DNA of 64,000 bases from Deltaproteobacteria bacterium (GCA_018399745.1 JAGYNZ010000005.1:23765-87764), one strand, 5' to 3'. Positions 55,116-63,414 are shown, numbered from the stretch's first letter. Program-made: numbers and translations. Notes: generated by a model not told the origin, from the sequence alone.

Positions 55116-56297
55116 GTGTCGAATTCCATGAGCCTCAAGGTCAAAGGACTCTCGGGCCGAACACTCATATATTTCTCACCTTTGGAATGGAGCGGTCTGC
55201 ATCAGCGGCCGCACCATCTGTCCAGGGTCATGGCCCACAGCTTCAAAAGGGTCATATTTGTCCAGCCTGCCGGTCTTCGTCCTGTATCGTTCTATGACTG
55301 GCGCCGCGTTCTGGCCTGGATACGTTTCCGTAAATCAGAGGGGTTGAAGCATCCGAATAATCTGCAAGTATGTACGCCGGTATTTATTCCGCTGACCGGC
55401 AGGACATGGGCGGATAAATTCAACTGCCTCTCCACCCTGAAGAGCCTTCACAGTCTGCTCAACAACTCTGTTTTCAAAGAGTCCATATTGTGGACATCGA
55501 CACCTGCACCACTATTGCGTTATCTGCTACCAGGGATGTCGAAGCAATATCTGATTTATGACTGGATAGACGATTACAGCCTGTTCAAAGACCTGCCGGG
55601 TGCAGTGATGGATACACAGAAATGGCTCCTGCAGAAGGCGGACTTTGTCTTTGCCTCTTCAAGGCATTTGTATGAAAAGGCCTGCGCTTTTCGCTCTCCC
55701 GACACGGTCGGCATGCTCTCCAACGGGGTTGATCTGAATCACTGGTGTCTGGGCGATAAGAAGAATGAAGTGCCGAAGGCAATTGCAAATATACAACATC
55801 CTATAATAGGCTATTTCGGCACCATATCACACTGGCTGGATACAGAGCTGATAAAATCCATGGCCCAAAGGCGTCCTCTGTGGCATTTTCTGTTTATAGG
55901 GCCTGCGTATAAGTCCAGGCTGGACAGCATTCTGGGTTTACCCAACATACACTGGATCGGGGAGCAGCCTTATAAATCATTGCCCTGTCTGGCCAACTGC
56001 TTCGATGCGGCCTGGCTTCCGTTTCGCCTGACCCCGCAGACTAAGGCCATCAATCCGGTAAAGATTTATGAGTATCTTGCCCTTGGGAAACGCGTCGTTG
56101 CGCCGTCATTGCCTGATTTGAAGAGACTCGGGCCTTATGTAATGCTGGCTGATGGCCTGTCTGAAACAGAGTCGGCGATTCTCAGCGCGATTCAGTCCGG
56201 ATCAGGGCCGGAAGATAAAGCAGGTTGCAGGGCCGTTGCAGCGGAATTTTCCTGGGACAGGCTCTGGAATGGGGCGTTAAAAGACCTCTCTGCTTGA
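55116..56297 (+). CDS. GT-B fold glycosyltransferase (TuaH-like family)
   Basis: 393 aa with FSPLEWSGLHQRPHHL at the N-terminus and INPVKIYEYLALGKRVVAP near the C-terminus. The start may be ATG 55128. Confidence 0.75.
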   Translation: MSNSMSLKVKGLSGRTLIYFSPLEWSGLHQRPHHLSRVMAHSFKRVIFVQPAGLRPVSFYDWRRVLAWIRFRKSEGLKHPNNLQVCTPVFIPLTGRTWADKFNCLSTLKSLHSLLNNSVFKESILWTSTPAPLLRYLLPGMSKQYLIYDWIDDYSLFKDLPGAVMDTQKWLLQKADFVFASSRHLYEKACAFRSPDTVGMLSNGVDLNHWCLGDKKNEVPKAIANIQHPIIGYFGTISHWLDTELIKSMAQRRPLWHFLFIGPAYKSRLDSILGLPNIHWIGEQPYKSLPCLANCFDAAWLPFRLTPQTKAINPVKIYEYLALGKRVVAPSLPDLKRLGPYVMLADGLSETESAILSAIQSGSGPEDKAGCRAVAAEFSWDRLWNGALKDLSA

Positions 56298-56592
56298 AAT
56301 TGGAAATTGGAAATTAGAAATTGGGGAGAGATGAAACGAGTTTACGAATTGGATGTCTACAAACCGGCAGAAGAGTTATCAGATATGGTCTGGCAGGACT
56401 TTGACAGGTGGAGCATAAAGGTTCATTTGAAGAAACCAAATCATGGTTGCGAAAACTTGTCAGAAGAAAAGTTTTATCTGAGTCAGACGCCACAGAATAC
56501 AAAGCAATAGTCGAAAAACTCGGCCCCAAACTGAACGCGTTCATCAAGAGTACAAAGGCATGAAGGCCAAATTTCCAATTTCCAATTTCACC
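56296..56592. repeat. Largest heptamer-armed inverted-repeat element, carrying a decayed four-helix-bundle gene
   Basis: The left arm is GAAATTG GAAATTG GAAATTA GAAATTG (56296-56323, overlapping the TGA at 56295-56297). The right arm is ggCCAAATTTCCAATTTCCAATTTCacc (56565-56592). The arms share a 21-nt perfect inverted match. Confidence 0.8.
56331..56563 (+). pseudogene. Four-helix-bundle (23S rRNA IVS-type) protein gene with an internal deletion/frameshift
   Basis: The N-terminus MKRVYELDVYKPAEELSDMVWQDFDRWSIK is in one frame. The C-terminus GSFEETKSWLRKLVRRKVLSESDATEYKAIVEKLGPKLNAFIKSTKA* is in another. The central helices are missing. Confidence 0.65.
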
Positions 56593-56988
56593 GTTTCATG
56601 AACGCTTACAAAAAATCCAATCTGCAGCGTCGCTTCAATTTACCAGTCATTTTTGTTTGCTGATTATTATATCTAAAATATGTATCTAAATATATATAGT
56701 TTTTCGCAGCTTGTCTAAATTTAGCCGGCACTGGTCAAAATTGAACATATATATTTTTTAATTCCTGGTTAGCCCATATTTTTTCACTATTTATAGTGAC
56801 TGAATCGACGCTCCAATTTTTGTTTTCTCAATCCAGGTCAGAGACTATTAACCTTTTGAGGTTATATATATTTTTGGATTTCAAAATTGTTTCTGAAGGA
56901 TTGTGCTAATAAATACCAATTACATACTATTTAATTTTTTGGTTGCGAAAAGGCGATTGGCATCGGTATTGCTTGTTTATTGGTCATC

Positions 56989-57951
56989 ATGTATCGGATA
57001 TTTTTTCTGATTACTTTAATACTCAGCCTTGTGATAACTTTTGGCAGTAGCCGAGCAGGGCAGAAATCCTTAGCGGAGCAAGAGTCGGTAGAGGCCTTAT
57101 TCCTCCAGTGGGTCAACGAGGCCAGGTCAAATCCATGGGCTGAAGCCGAACGATTAGGTCTTAATGTTACTGAGTTAAGGATGGAGGTTGGTGAGTCAAC
57201 AGCAAATCAATGGGATGAAGGCCTTACACCCCTGAAATGGAACGAAAGGCTTGCTGTGGCTTCGACTTTTCAGGTGCAGGATATGTTGGACAGATGTTAT
57301 TACAGCCATATGAGTCCAGAGGGCCTTGGTCCTGAACAACGTATTCAGTCAGTATTTTATGATGCTATGTTCTTTGGTGAAAGTATGGGGGGTGTGGCCT
57401 TTTTAAAAATTATTTCCGATGAAGAGGCAATTCGAATCATATATGAGGGCCTGTTGATGGATGCCCTGAGGCAGGGTTCGGAAGGAGCGCCGTTATTAGA
57501 TCCCTTTCTGAGGGATATTGGATTGTGTCTTGATGGGGGCCAACTTTTTTTTGAAGATACTTGGTATAATATCTATTTACTAACATGTGATTTGGGCCGA
57601 ACGCAAGAACCTGTTTCTGATGGCAAAGCGGTTCTTTATGGTCACGTATTCAAAGATCAGAACGACAATGGTCGATATGATCAGGGAGAGGGCGTACAGG
57701 GTTCTCTTGTTACAGTCCGTCATTGGCAAATTGTTGATGAAACCGGTTTCATAACGATGATCAAAAACGAAATAGCCAGCGGTCGGGAAGGAGAATATCT
57801 ATTTGAATTGGTGCCTGGGGATTATAGCTTGAATATGAAGCAAGACGGGATGATCATGCTAGAAATTGATAGTCTGCCAATCGATTGTTCGGGATTCCCA
57901 TTACGTGTCGACCTTGTTTGCATGAATGCTTCTGATATAGAGTCGCCATAA
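56989..57951 (+). CDS. Secreted CAP/SCP(YkwD)-like domain protein with a C-terminal SdrD-B/Cna-B-like beta-sandwich
   Basis: It has signal peptide MYRIFFLITLILSLVITFGSSRA. The CAP-like blocks are WVNEARSN...YYSHMSPEGLGPEQR, and the C-terminus has GHVFKDQNDNGRYDQGEGVQGSLVTV. Confidence 0.65.
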   Translation: MYRIFFLITLILSLVITFGSSRAGQKSLAEQESVEALFLQWVNEARSNPWAEAERLGLNVTELRMEVGESTANQWDEGLTPLKWNERLAVASTFQVQDMLDRCYYSHMSPEGLGPEQRIQSVFYDAMFFGESMGGVAFLKIISDEEAIRIIYEGLLMDALRQGSEGAPLLDPFLRDIGLCLDGGQLFFEDTWYNIYLLTCDLGRTQEPVSDGKAVLYGHVFKDQNDNGRYDQGEGVQGSLVTVRHWQIVDETGFITMIKNEIASGREGEYLFELVPGDYSLNMKQDGMIMLEIDSLPIDCSGFPLRVDLVCMNASDIESP

Positions 57952-58256
57952 TAAAAAATTTTTGAATTACAATCCTTATTATTCCGTATAATTGCGAAGC
58001 AAACAATCTCTTAACTTCCCATTATACAATTAATTTTGAAAGAGAAGACGTGTTTGTTTCGACTCAGCAAATGTCGAAGCCCAAAGACTGGATGGGGGCT
58101 TTTGGACAGCCGGTTGAAACGGGTACGAAAATTGCTTGTATTTTCATCTGTTTGTCTTGGTATATTCATGAGTAAATTCCAAAGTACCGATTTGCAAAAA
58201 CAGGGACACACTATAGCTTAAAATAAAAGCATTATGTCGAAAAAGGGGGATTTAAT

Positions 58257-59867
58257 ATGTCTAATTATTTAGAGAAAAGACTGGATATAGTCAAGAAGCG
58301 AAGAAATATTATGGTTTTGTCGTTGGGCACGATTGTATTGTGGATTTTTTCTTTTATGGCCACATCGGTATCTTTCGCAGAACTCAAACCTTCTGATTAC
58401 ACATCGCTGTTTCAAATTCCTCAGGTTCGAACTTACTGCAGTAATGAAAGCGTAAATTCACAGTGTTCTATCGGGGGCAACGTGAGTTTGGGTACCTGTG
58501 GAGAAGGAGAGTTGGCTGGATATCCATATTGTTGTGCTGAAGCTATGACAGGTTTTAAAAACCTTTACAATTTTTCAGATCCGCGAATTTTCGAGCAGAT
58601 AGATAGCGGAGTAAATTTATGGAGTAATGAAGAGCATTACAGGATTTCAGCAGTAGCACCTTCGAAATCAGGTACAAGTTGGGGTGCATGTGAAGAGCTT
58701 TCTGCTTTTCGTGTATTTGTACCGCCCGGAACGACTCATTTTAATCTCACTCTTTATCTTCAGCGAGATGATGAAATAGGCATGGTTGCGAGGTTTAAGG
58801 AGGTGCCGGAGTGCGAATTTTGTGATTGTGGAGGAGTTGATGAATATGAGAATCTCCCCACGGCCAATGAATGGAGTATAGTTCTTGATGAAGAAACTGC
58901 CAGTAAAAGTACCCAGGAAAAGGCAGTTCTTGCTACCCAGGATGTTTATCAGACGAATATGGGTGGACATATCTCCATTTCTTTTGGATTTTCAGAAGCA
59001 GAGGCACTAACTGAAGAAAGGGCCGGCTGGCTTTTCGTCAGAATGATCCCCTGTAGAGATAATGAGATTTTAAACCTACGACTATCGATTACGGTAAATG
59101 GTGAAAAGTATAAAAGATGGTTTTCAAACGCAGACTGGGATATATGTGGTGATCCTTGGATGACTGGTGCGCCAGAAGATTCAGCCGCGTGCACGCCTTC
59201 GGCACCATCATCAGTATCTCCAACTCAAGGTTCATCAGGTTCCGGCTCATCTTCATCTCCAACTCAAGGTTCATCAGGTTCCGGCTCATCTTCATCTCCA
59301 ACTCAAGGCTCATCAGGTTCCGGCTCAGAGGGAGGTGTCAATAGTAATCCTCTGCTTGAATATTTAAATCGCCCCACTACACCAAACCAGACTAATGATA
59401 CGGTTATCCCTCTGCCCCATGGACAAACGTTCCGAGAATGCGATAGCAGTTGTCAGAATGATAGTAAGGGTGCAAGGGTGATTACAGCGATTGAGGATGA
59501 CAGAATTCGCATGAAGTTTTCATCTCCGCCTTATGAAGGTAAAGTCTACGTATACGCAGTAATGACCGGGATAGATAATGGTCGAACTGTCTATTGGAAT
59601 GATGATGGCGAGCGTGGTTATATTCAAGATTTTTCTGAGGTTACACAATATTGGACAGGAAATGGCAATAGCGCCGAAAACATACACATGGATGATATTA
59701 TGATTTGTGCTATCGGGCTAGGCGGAGAAAAAGTCCAAGTTTTAACGCCTGGAACTTATGTGCTCTGCTGGATGATCGCTACTGAGGGGCCTGAAATCGC
59801 ATCATGTTCAGAAAATGATCCATATGAGCTTCTATGGACTACTATTGAAGTCCCAGAGTGCAGATGA
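58257..59867 (+). CDS. Secreted Cys-rich protein of unknown function with a Ser/Gly-rich triple repeat linker
   Basis: 536 aa with GGGGGA upstream as RBS and an N-terminal signal/anchor MVLSLGTIVLWIFSFMATSVSFA. SPTQGSSGSGSSS occurs about 3 times. I recognise no family (possibly a PPC-like beta-sandwich). Confidence 0.8.
   Translation: MSNYLEKRLDIVKKRRNIMVLSLGTIVLWIFSFMATSVSFAELKPSDYTSLFQIPQVRTYCSNESVNSQCSIGGNVSLGTCGEGELAGYPYCCAEAMTGFKNLYNFSDPRIFEQIDSGVNLWSNEEHYRISAVAPSKSGTSWGACEELSAFRVFVPPGTTHFNLTLYLQRDDEIGMVARFKEVPECEFCDCGGVDEYENLPTANEWSIVLDEETASKSTQEKAVLATQDVYQTNMGGHISISFGFSEAEALTEERAGWLFVRMIPCRDNEILNLRLSITVNGEKYKRWFSNADWDICGDPWMTGAPEDSAACTPSAPSSVSPTQGSSGSGSSSSPTQGSSGSGSSSSPTQGSSGSGSEGGVNSNPLLEYLNRPTTPNQTNDTVIPLPHGQTFRECDSSCQNDSKGARVITAIEDDRIRMKFSSPPYEGKVYVYAVMTGIDNGRTVYWNDDGERGYIQDFSEVTQYWTGNGNSAENIHMDDIMICAIGLGGEKVQVLTPGTYVLCWMIATEGPEIASCSENDPYELLWTTIEVPECR
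59217..59327. repeat. 39-nt tandem repeat, about 2.85 copies
   Basis: tctccaactcaaggttcatcaggttccggctcatcttca occurs at 59217, 59256 and 59295 (the last copy partial, with one T>C). Confidence 0.95.
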
Positions 59868-60301
59868 CCTCTTAAATCTATATAAGATTATATTTGGTGA
59901 AGATTAGCCATTAATGGCGGAAATTAACCATTAATAATTAGGACAGTAAAAAAATCGTTTGTAACCTGGTAATAGTGGGAGCTTGGAAAAACTTTTAACT
60001 CACCGTTTTTAAAAGGGAAAATTTTACACTGATGTCAATGGCGGGATATATATTTATACTATAATGCTGGGGGTACAGTAATTGCAGGAATCAATTACTT
60101 CATATAACTAATACATTTTAAATTGATTTGACAGATATATCTAAAGGAGGTTACATAGTAAAAATTTTTGCTATAGAAGTTTTTATGCTTGACATTAAAG
60201 GTTCATGGTGCCAATTGTTGACAGGAAAAGGGTTATTCCTTGGTGGCTCGAGGATAACTAAATTTTCGTCGAGAGTTGCGGAAAGTTTCAATGGAAAGGA
60301 G

Positions 60302-60775
60302 GTGGTATTAACCATATTGTTGACGGCGTTGATGGTGTCTTGTGCGGCTGCTCCAGATAGAAGGCAAATAATATATGAGCCTGAAATATTTAAAGAGGCC
60401 CCAATGGCTTTGGAGAAGGCGTACTCAGATTACTGGGAGATGAGAGCAAAAAAGCAACATGCGAATGCATATTCAAATGAAGTGCCTGATTTCAGGTCTG
60501 CTATTACACCTGAACAATATTCTAATTATTTAAAATTGTTCGAAAAAGCAAAATTGGCTCAGGTCGAGCCACAAGGTGTAACCTGTCCTGAAGAACACAT
60601 TTGCTTTGTAGAAACTGCATTGACCTATATTCTGAATGACAAGGTATCTGACGTTCGATACATTAGAGACAGCTGGGAGAAGAGGAATGGACAGTGGTTT
60701 CACCGAATACGGAATCCCTTGATTTTCCCCGGCCTTGATAAATGTCGTAAAAAGACAGAAGTTAATAAACAATAA
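60302..60775 (+). CDS. Small lipoprotein, NTF2/DUF4878-like architecture (start uncertain)
   Basis: It has a lipobox-like LLTALMVSC, then ...YSDYWEMRAKK...DSWEKRNGQWFH. The ORF track opens at 60128. The in-frame GTG 60302 sits directly after GGAAAGGAG, which is a short spacing. Confidence 0.6.
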   Translation: MVLTILLTALMVSCAAAPDRRQIIYEPEIFKEAPMALEKAYSDYWEMRAKKQHANAYSNEVPDFRSAITPEQYSNYLKLFEKAKLAQVEPQGVTCPEEHICFVETALTYILNDKVSDVRYIRDSWEKRNGQWFHRIRNPLIFPGLDKCRKKTEVNKQ

Positions 60776-60795
60776 TTTTACAAGGAGGTTCAGTC

Positions 60796-62616
60796 GTGAA
60801 CATAAAGAAATTGGTAGCCTTTGTAAGTGCTATCGCATTGATTTCTCTGACAATGTCGTCGCATGCGTTTGCAAAAAACGCTGATAACCATGCGGGTATA
60901 CTTGGCATGAAAAAGGGAGATGCCATGGTATTTCCTATGTATCTTGCCGCGGATGGATTTAAGACAAATATGGTAGTAATTAATACGGACAATTCTCATG
61001 CCGTAGTTGCTAAGGTGGTAGTAAGAAGCCAGGCATTTTCTACTGAGCTGCGCGACTTTTTCATTTACCTGTCGCCTAATGACGTCTGGAAGGGTGAGCT
61101 GTGCTATGCAAATGGTAATATAGTTGTGCGTAGTGAGGACGCCAGTGTTTGGAATCCAGCTACCGGAGAGTGTGCTACCGCTGCCAATCCTTTTGAATAT
61201 GCACTTGCACCTGTCATATGTGAAGATTTAGACAGTTTAATGTATGGCTACGTAGAGGTTTTCGAGGCAGCCGCTATGAACTGGGCGGCCATAAGAGATA
61301 CGGACCTGGATCACTGTGTGAATATTCGTAATGCTTATGAGGACCTCACTCAAGTAGAGACTGTCAATTGTCTTACAGGCTATGGGGAATACGTTTTCCC
61401 AGGCGATTATGCTGTATTCCCGGCAACTGTTATTGCCGGTTATGCGGTAAATGACAAACTTACCACTGCTAGGGAAACCTTTTGGGGCGATTTTGCTTTA
61501 AACTCAATAACTGAGGTTGAGGCTGTGCTGTCAAAAGATAATCTTGTTTTTCCATATTATAATAACGGGCGCGACATTAGTATTGCCGCGTTGACTTTCC
61601 CGACTAAGCTTACAAGAGTTAATTCCGATTGTGAAGTTATGCAAGTTCGCTCTCCGTTTTTTGTCCAACACGGTGAATTTGGCTCTGTATCAATAGGAGA
61701 TGAACTTATTTCAGATAGTATTCTGGGGATCAAATATAATTATGATGCCTATGACATGAATGAGAAGGCAATTAGTGAGTGCCAGGTATCTCCTTGTATT
61801 AAAGGTAAAAGATTACCATGGGAAGTTAATCTTATTGACCCTGCCAATGATCTTGGTGTAGCCTTTGAAGAAGGCTGGAGCCGTATCAGCTTTGGTACCA
61901 CTACGCAAGGTGCTGATCTCGATCAAAATGACATGAGCTACACAGGAGCTCCTGTTATTGGCATGGTCGTTCATCTTACACACAACGGCATGTCTGTGGA
62001 CCAGATGGCATATGATTGTGGTGAGGTTTACCTGGGAGAAATAGACAAGACTCTATTGAATTGTGTTTATCAGGGCGGCTGTAGGGTCACTGAGGTCACC
62101 TGTCCGACCTGTCCGGTATGCCCGGTATGTGATGCAGACCACTTATGTCTGTGCGAAACTGAGGCCGCATGTGAGGCAGCGGGTGGTAACTGGTGTGATG
62201 GAGTCTGCCAGGCTGAGGAATGTAACGGTAGCCCTGCCCCCACCTGTGGACCAGACAACCTGGATCTATGCACCAATCAGACCGCATGTGAGACAGCAGG
62301 TGGTAATTGGTGTGATGATGACGAAGATGGCGTATTTGGATGCCAGCCTGAGGAATGTAACGGTGGTGGTGGCGGTTTGCCTTCATGTGGACCGGATAAC
62401 CTGAATCTGTGTACCAGTGAGACCACATGTGAGGCAGCAGGTGGCTACTGGTGTCCTGATGAGGTGATCGATTGCCAGCCTGCCGCATGTGGCTCAGGCT
62501 CATCTACAACAATTGGTGAAAAAACTGTAACCTGTGGAACAACTTGCTTTGGTAACTGGACTAATCCCGCTTTTGTGCAGGAGTGCAGTGACTGGCAGGC
62601 AGCTAATTGTCAGTAA
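60796..62616 (+). CDS. Secreted protein of unknown function with a C-terminal triple Cys-rich module
   Basis: 606 aa with a GTG start 7 nt after AAGGAGG and signal peptide MNIKKLVAFVSAIALISLTMSSHAFA. The C-terminal 165 aa hold more than 30 Cys, including CPTCPVCPVC and 3x C-x5-CE-x-AGG-x-WC. Confidence 0.85.
   Translation: MNIKKLVAFVSAIALISLTMSSHAFAKNADNHAGILGMKKGDAMVFPMYLAADGFKTNMVVINTDNSHAVVAKVVVRSQAFSTELRDFFIYLSPNDVWKGELCYANGNIVVRSEDASVWNPATGECATAANPFEYALAPVICEDLDSLMYGYVEVFEAAAMNWAAIRDTDLDHCVNIRNAYEDLTQVETVNCLTGYGEYVFPGDYAVFPATVIAGYAVNDKLTTARETFWGDFALNSITEVEAVLSKDNLVFPYYNNGRDISIAALTFPTKLTRVNSDCEVMQVRSPFFVQHGEFGSVSIGDELISDSILGIKYNYDAYDMNEKAISECQVSPCIKGKRLPWEVNLIDPANDLGVAFEEGWSRISFGTTTQGADLDQNDMSYTGAPVIGMVVHLTHNGMSVDQMAYDCGEVYLGEIDKTLLNCVYQGGCRVTEVTCPTCPVCPVCDADHLCLCETEAACEAAGGNWCDGVCQAEECNGSPAPTCGPDNLDLCTNQTACETAGGNWCDDDEDGVFGCQPEECNGGGGGLPSCGPDNLNLCTSETTCEAAGGYWCPDEVIDCQPAACGSGSSTTIGEKTVTCGTTCFGNWTNPAFVQECSDWQAANCQ
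62101..62495. repeat. Three diverged tandem copies of a Cys-rich coding module of about 110-125 nt
   Basis: Three related stretches: gaccacttatgtctgtgcgaaactgaggccgcatgtgaggcagcgggtggtaactggtgtgat; gacaacctggatctatgcaccaatcagaccgcatgtgagacagcaggtggtaattggtgtgat; gataacctgaatctgtgtaccagtgagaccacatgtgaggcagcaggtggctactggtgtcct. Confidence 0.8.
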
Positions 62617-62629
62617 GTTAGGTTGTCTT

Positions 62630-62661
62630 TGAATGACATCTGCCAATAGTTATGTCATTCA
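62630..62661 (+). terminator. Perfect 10-bp hairpin downstream of the 606-aa gene (no U-tract)
   Basis: TGAATGACAT (62630-62639) pairs with ATGTCATTCA (62652-62661). Confidence 0.4.
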
Positions 62662-62688
62662 GAACAATGAGAGAAGCAAAATGTAATA

Positions 62689-62721
62689 CACCAGGGCACT
62701 GAATATCACAGTGCCTTGGTG
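62689..62721 (+). terminator. 13-bp hairpin (one G.U) downstream of the 606-aa gene (no U-tract)
   Basis: CACCAGGGCACTG (62689-62701) pairs with CAGTGCCTTGGTG (62709-62721). Confidence 0.4.
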
Positions 62722-62807
62722 ACTTCTGCTAAATTTTTCGTCAAAGAAATGAGAATAACTATGATATTGATATCTGGATTCTGAAAATAAATGGAATTTT
62801 TTATAAG

Positions 62808-63344
62808 GTGAATAATATTCTGCAACAATTGCCACGCATTATCACTGGTGTTTTTTCGCTTACCATATTCATGCTTACATGTTGGTATTATACGGCTTTA
62901 TGTATAAGACATCAGGCGGGGACGAGGCTCATAACAATAGAAAAAGGATTGAATGCAGCGCTTAATAAAGCACTGCCGGGAAGTACCAGGGAGTATATCA
63001 TGCTTCAATTTAAGCCAGAATTGACAAAAGCAGGGCACCGTTTTTTAACAATCCCTGGTTACTGGAAAACAATACATAAAGATTTCCTTGCTGCCGGAAT
63101 GTCTCTTGAAGATATAGGCAACACAATAAAGGCGGTAAGGCTGTATATTGAAGGAGCTCGTTATCATCCCTTATATATGAGTTTTTATCAAGGATTGAAC
63201 GACATTTTTAAAAAAATCGGCTTGCATCAAAGGGCGGCGAGTTGCCGGATAATTTATGACGACATAAAGCAAAGTAAATCGCCTTGTGTTGAGGATTTTG
63301 AAATTTGCCTCGGAAATTCAAATTTTGTACGGAGTAATTTTTAA
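62808..63344 (+). CDS. Hypothetical membrane-anchored protein
   Basis: 178 aa with a GTG start and one N-terminal TM segment, ITGVFSLTIFMLTCWYYTALCI. I recognise no family. Confidence 0.55.
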   Translation: MNNILQQLPRIITGVFSLTIFMLTCWYYTALCIRHQAGTRLITIEKGLNAALNKALPGSTREYIMLQFKPELTKAGHRFLTIPGYWKTIHKDFLAAGMSLEDIGNTIKAVRLYIEGARYHPLYMSFYQGLNDIFKKIGLHQRAASCRIIYDDIKQSKSPCVEDFEICLGNSNFVRSNF

Positions 63345-63414
63345 TTTTATTCTGTATTTTATAATATATGAGTGTTAATATTTTGACACAAAGATTGATA
63401 ATGACTAAATAGCT

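Noticed and set aside
56296-56323. Heptamer arrays (also at 8119, 10819, 10937 and 31866) considered as CRISPR or a short CRISPR-like array
   Set aside because: The units are 7 nt and contiguous, with no spacers. They occur as inverted arms of hairpin elements. There are no cas genes in the window.
58011-58221. Two small overlapping ORFs (66 aa on the minus strand, 61 aa on the plus strand) in the spacer before the 536-aa gene
   Set aside because: They have no RBS, are mutually overlapping, and have low-complexity translations. The region is better explained as a structured leader.
60205-60222. Possible sigma-54 promoter TGGTGC-N5-GTTGA upstream of the lipoprotein gene
   Set aside because: The -12 element lacks the conserved GC (it has TG instead), and the -24 element is TGGTGC rather than TGGCAC. 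The match is too weak to call.
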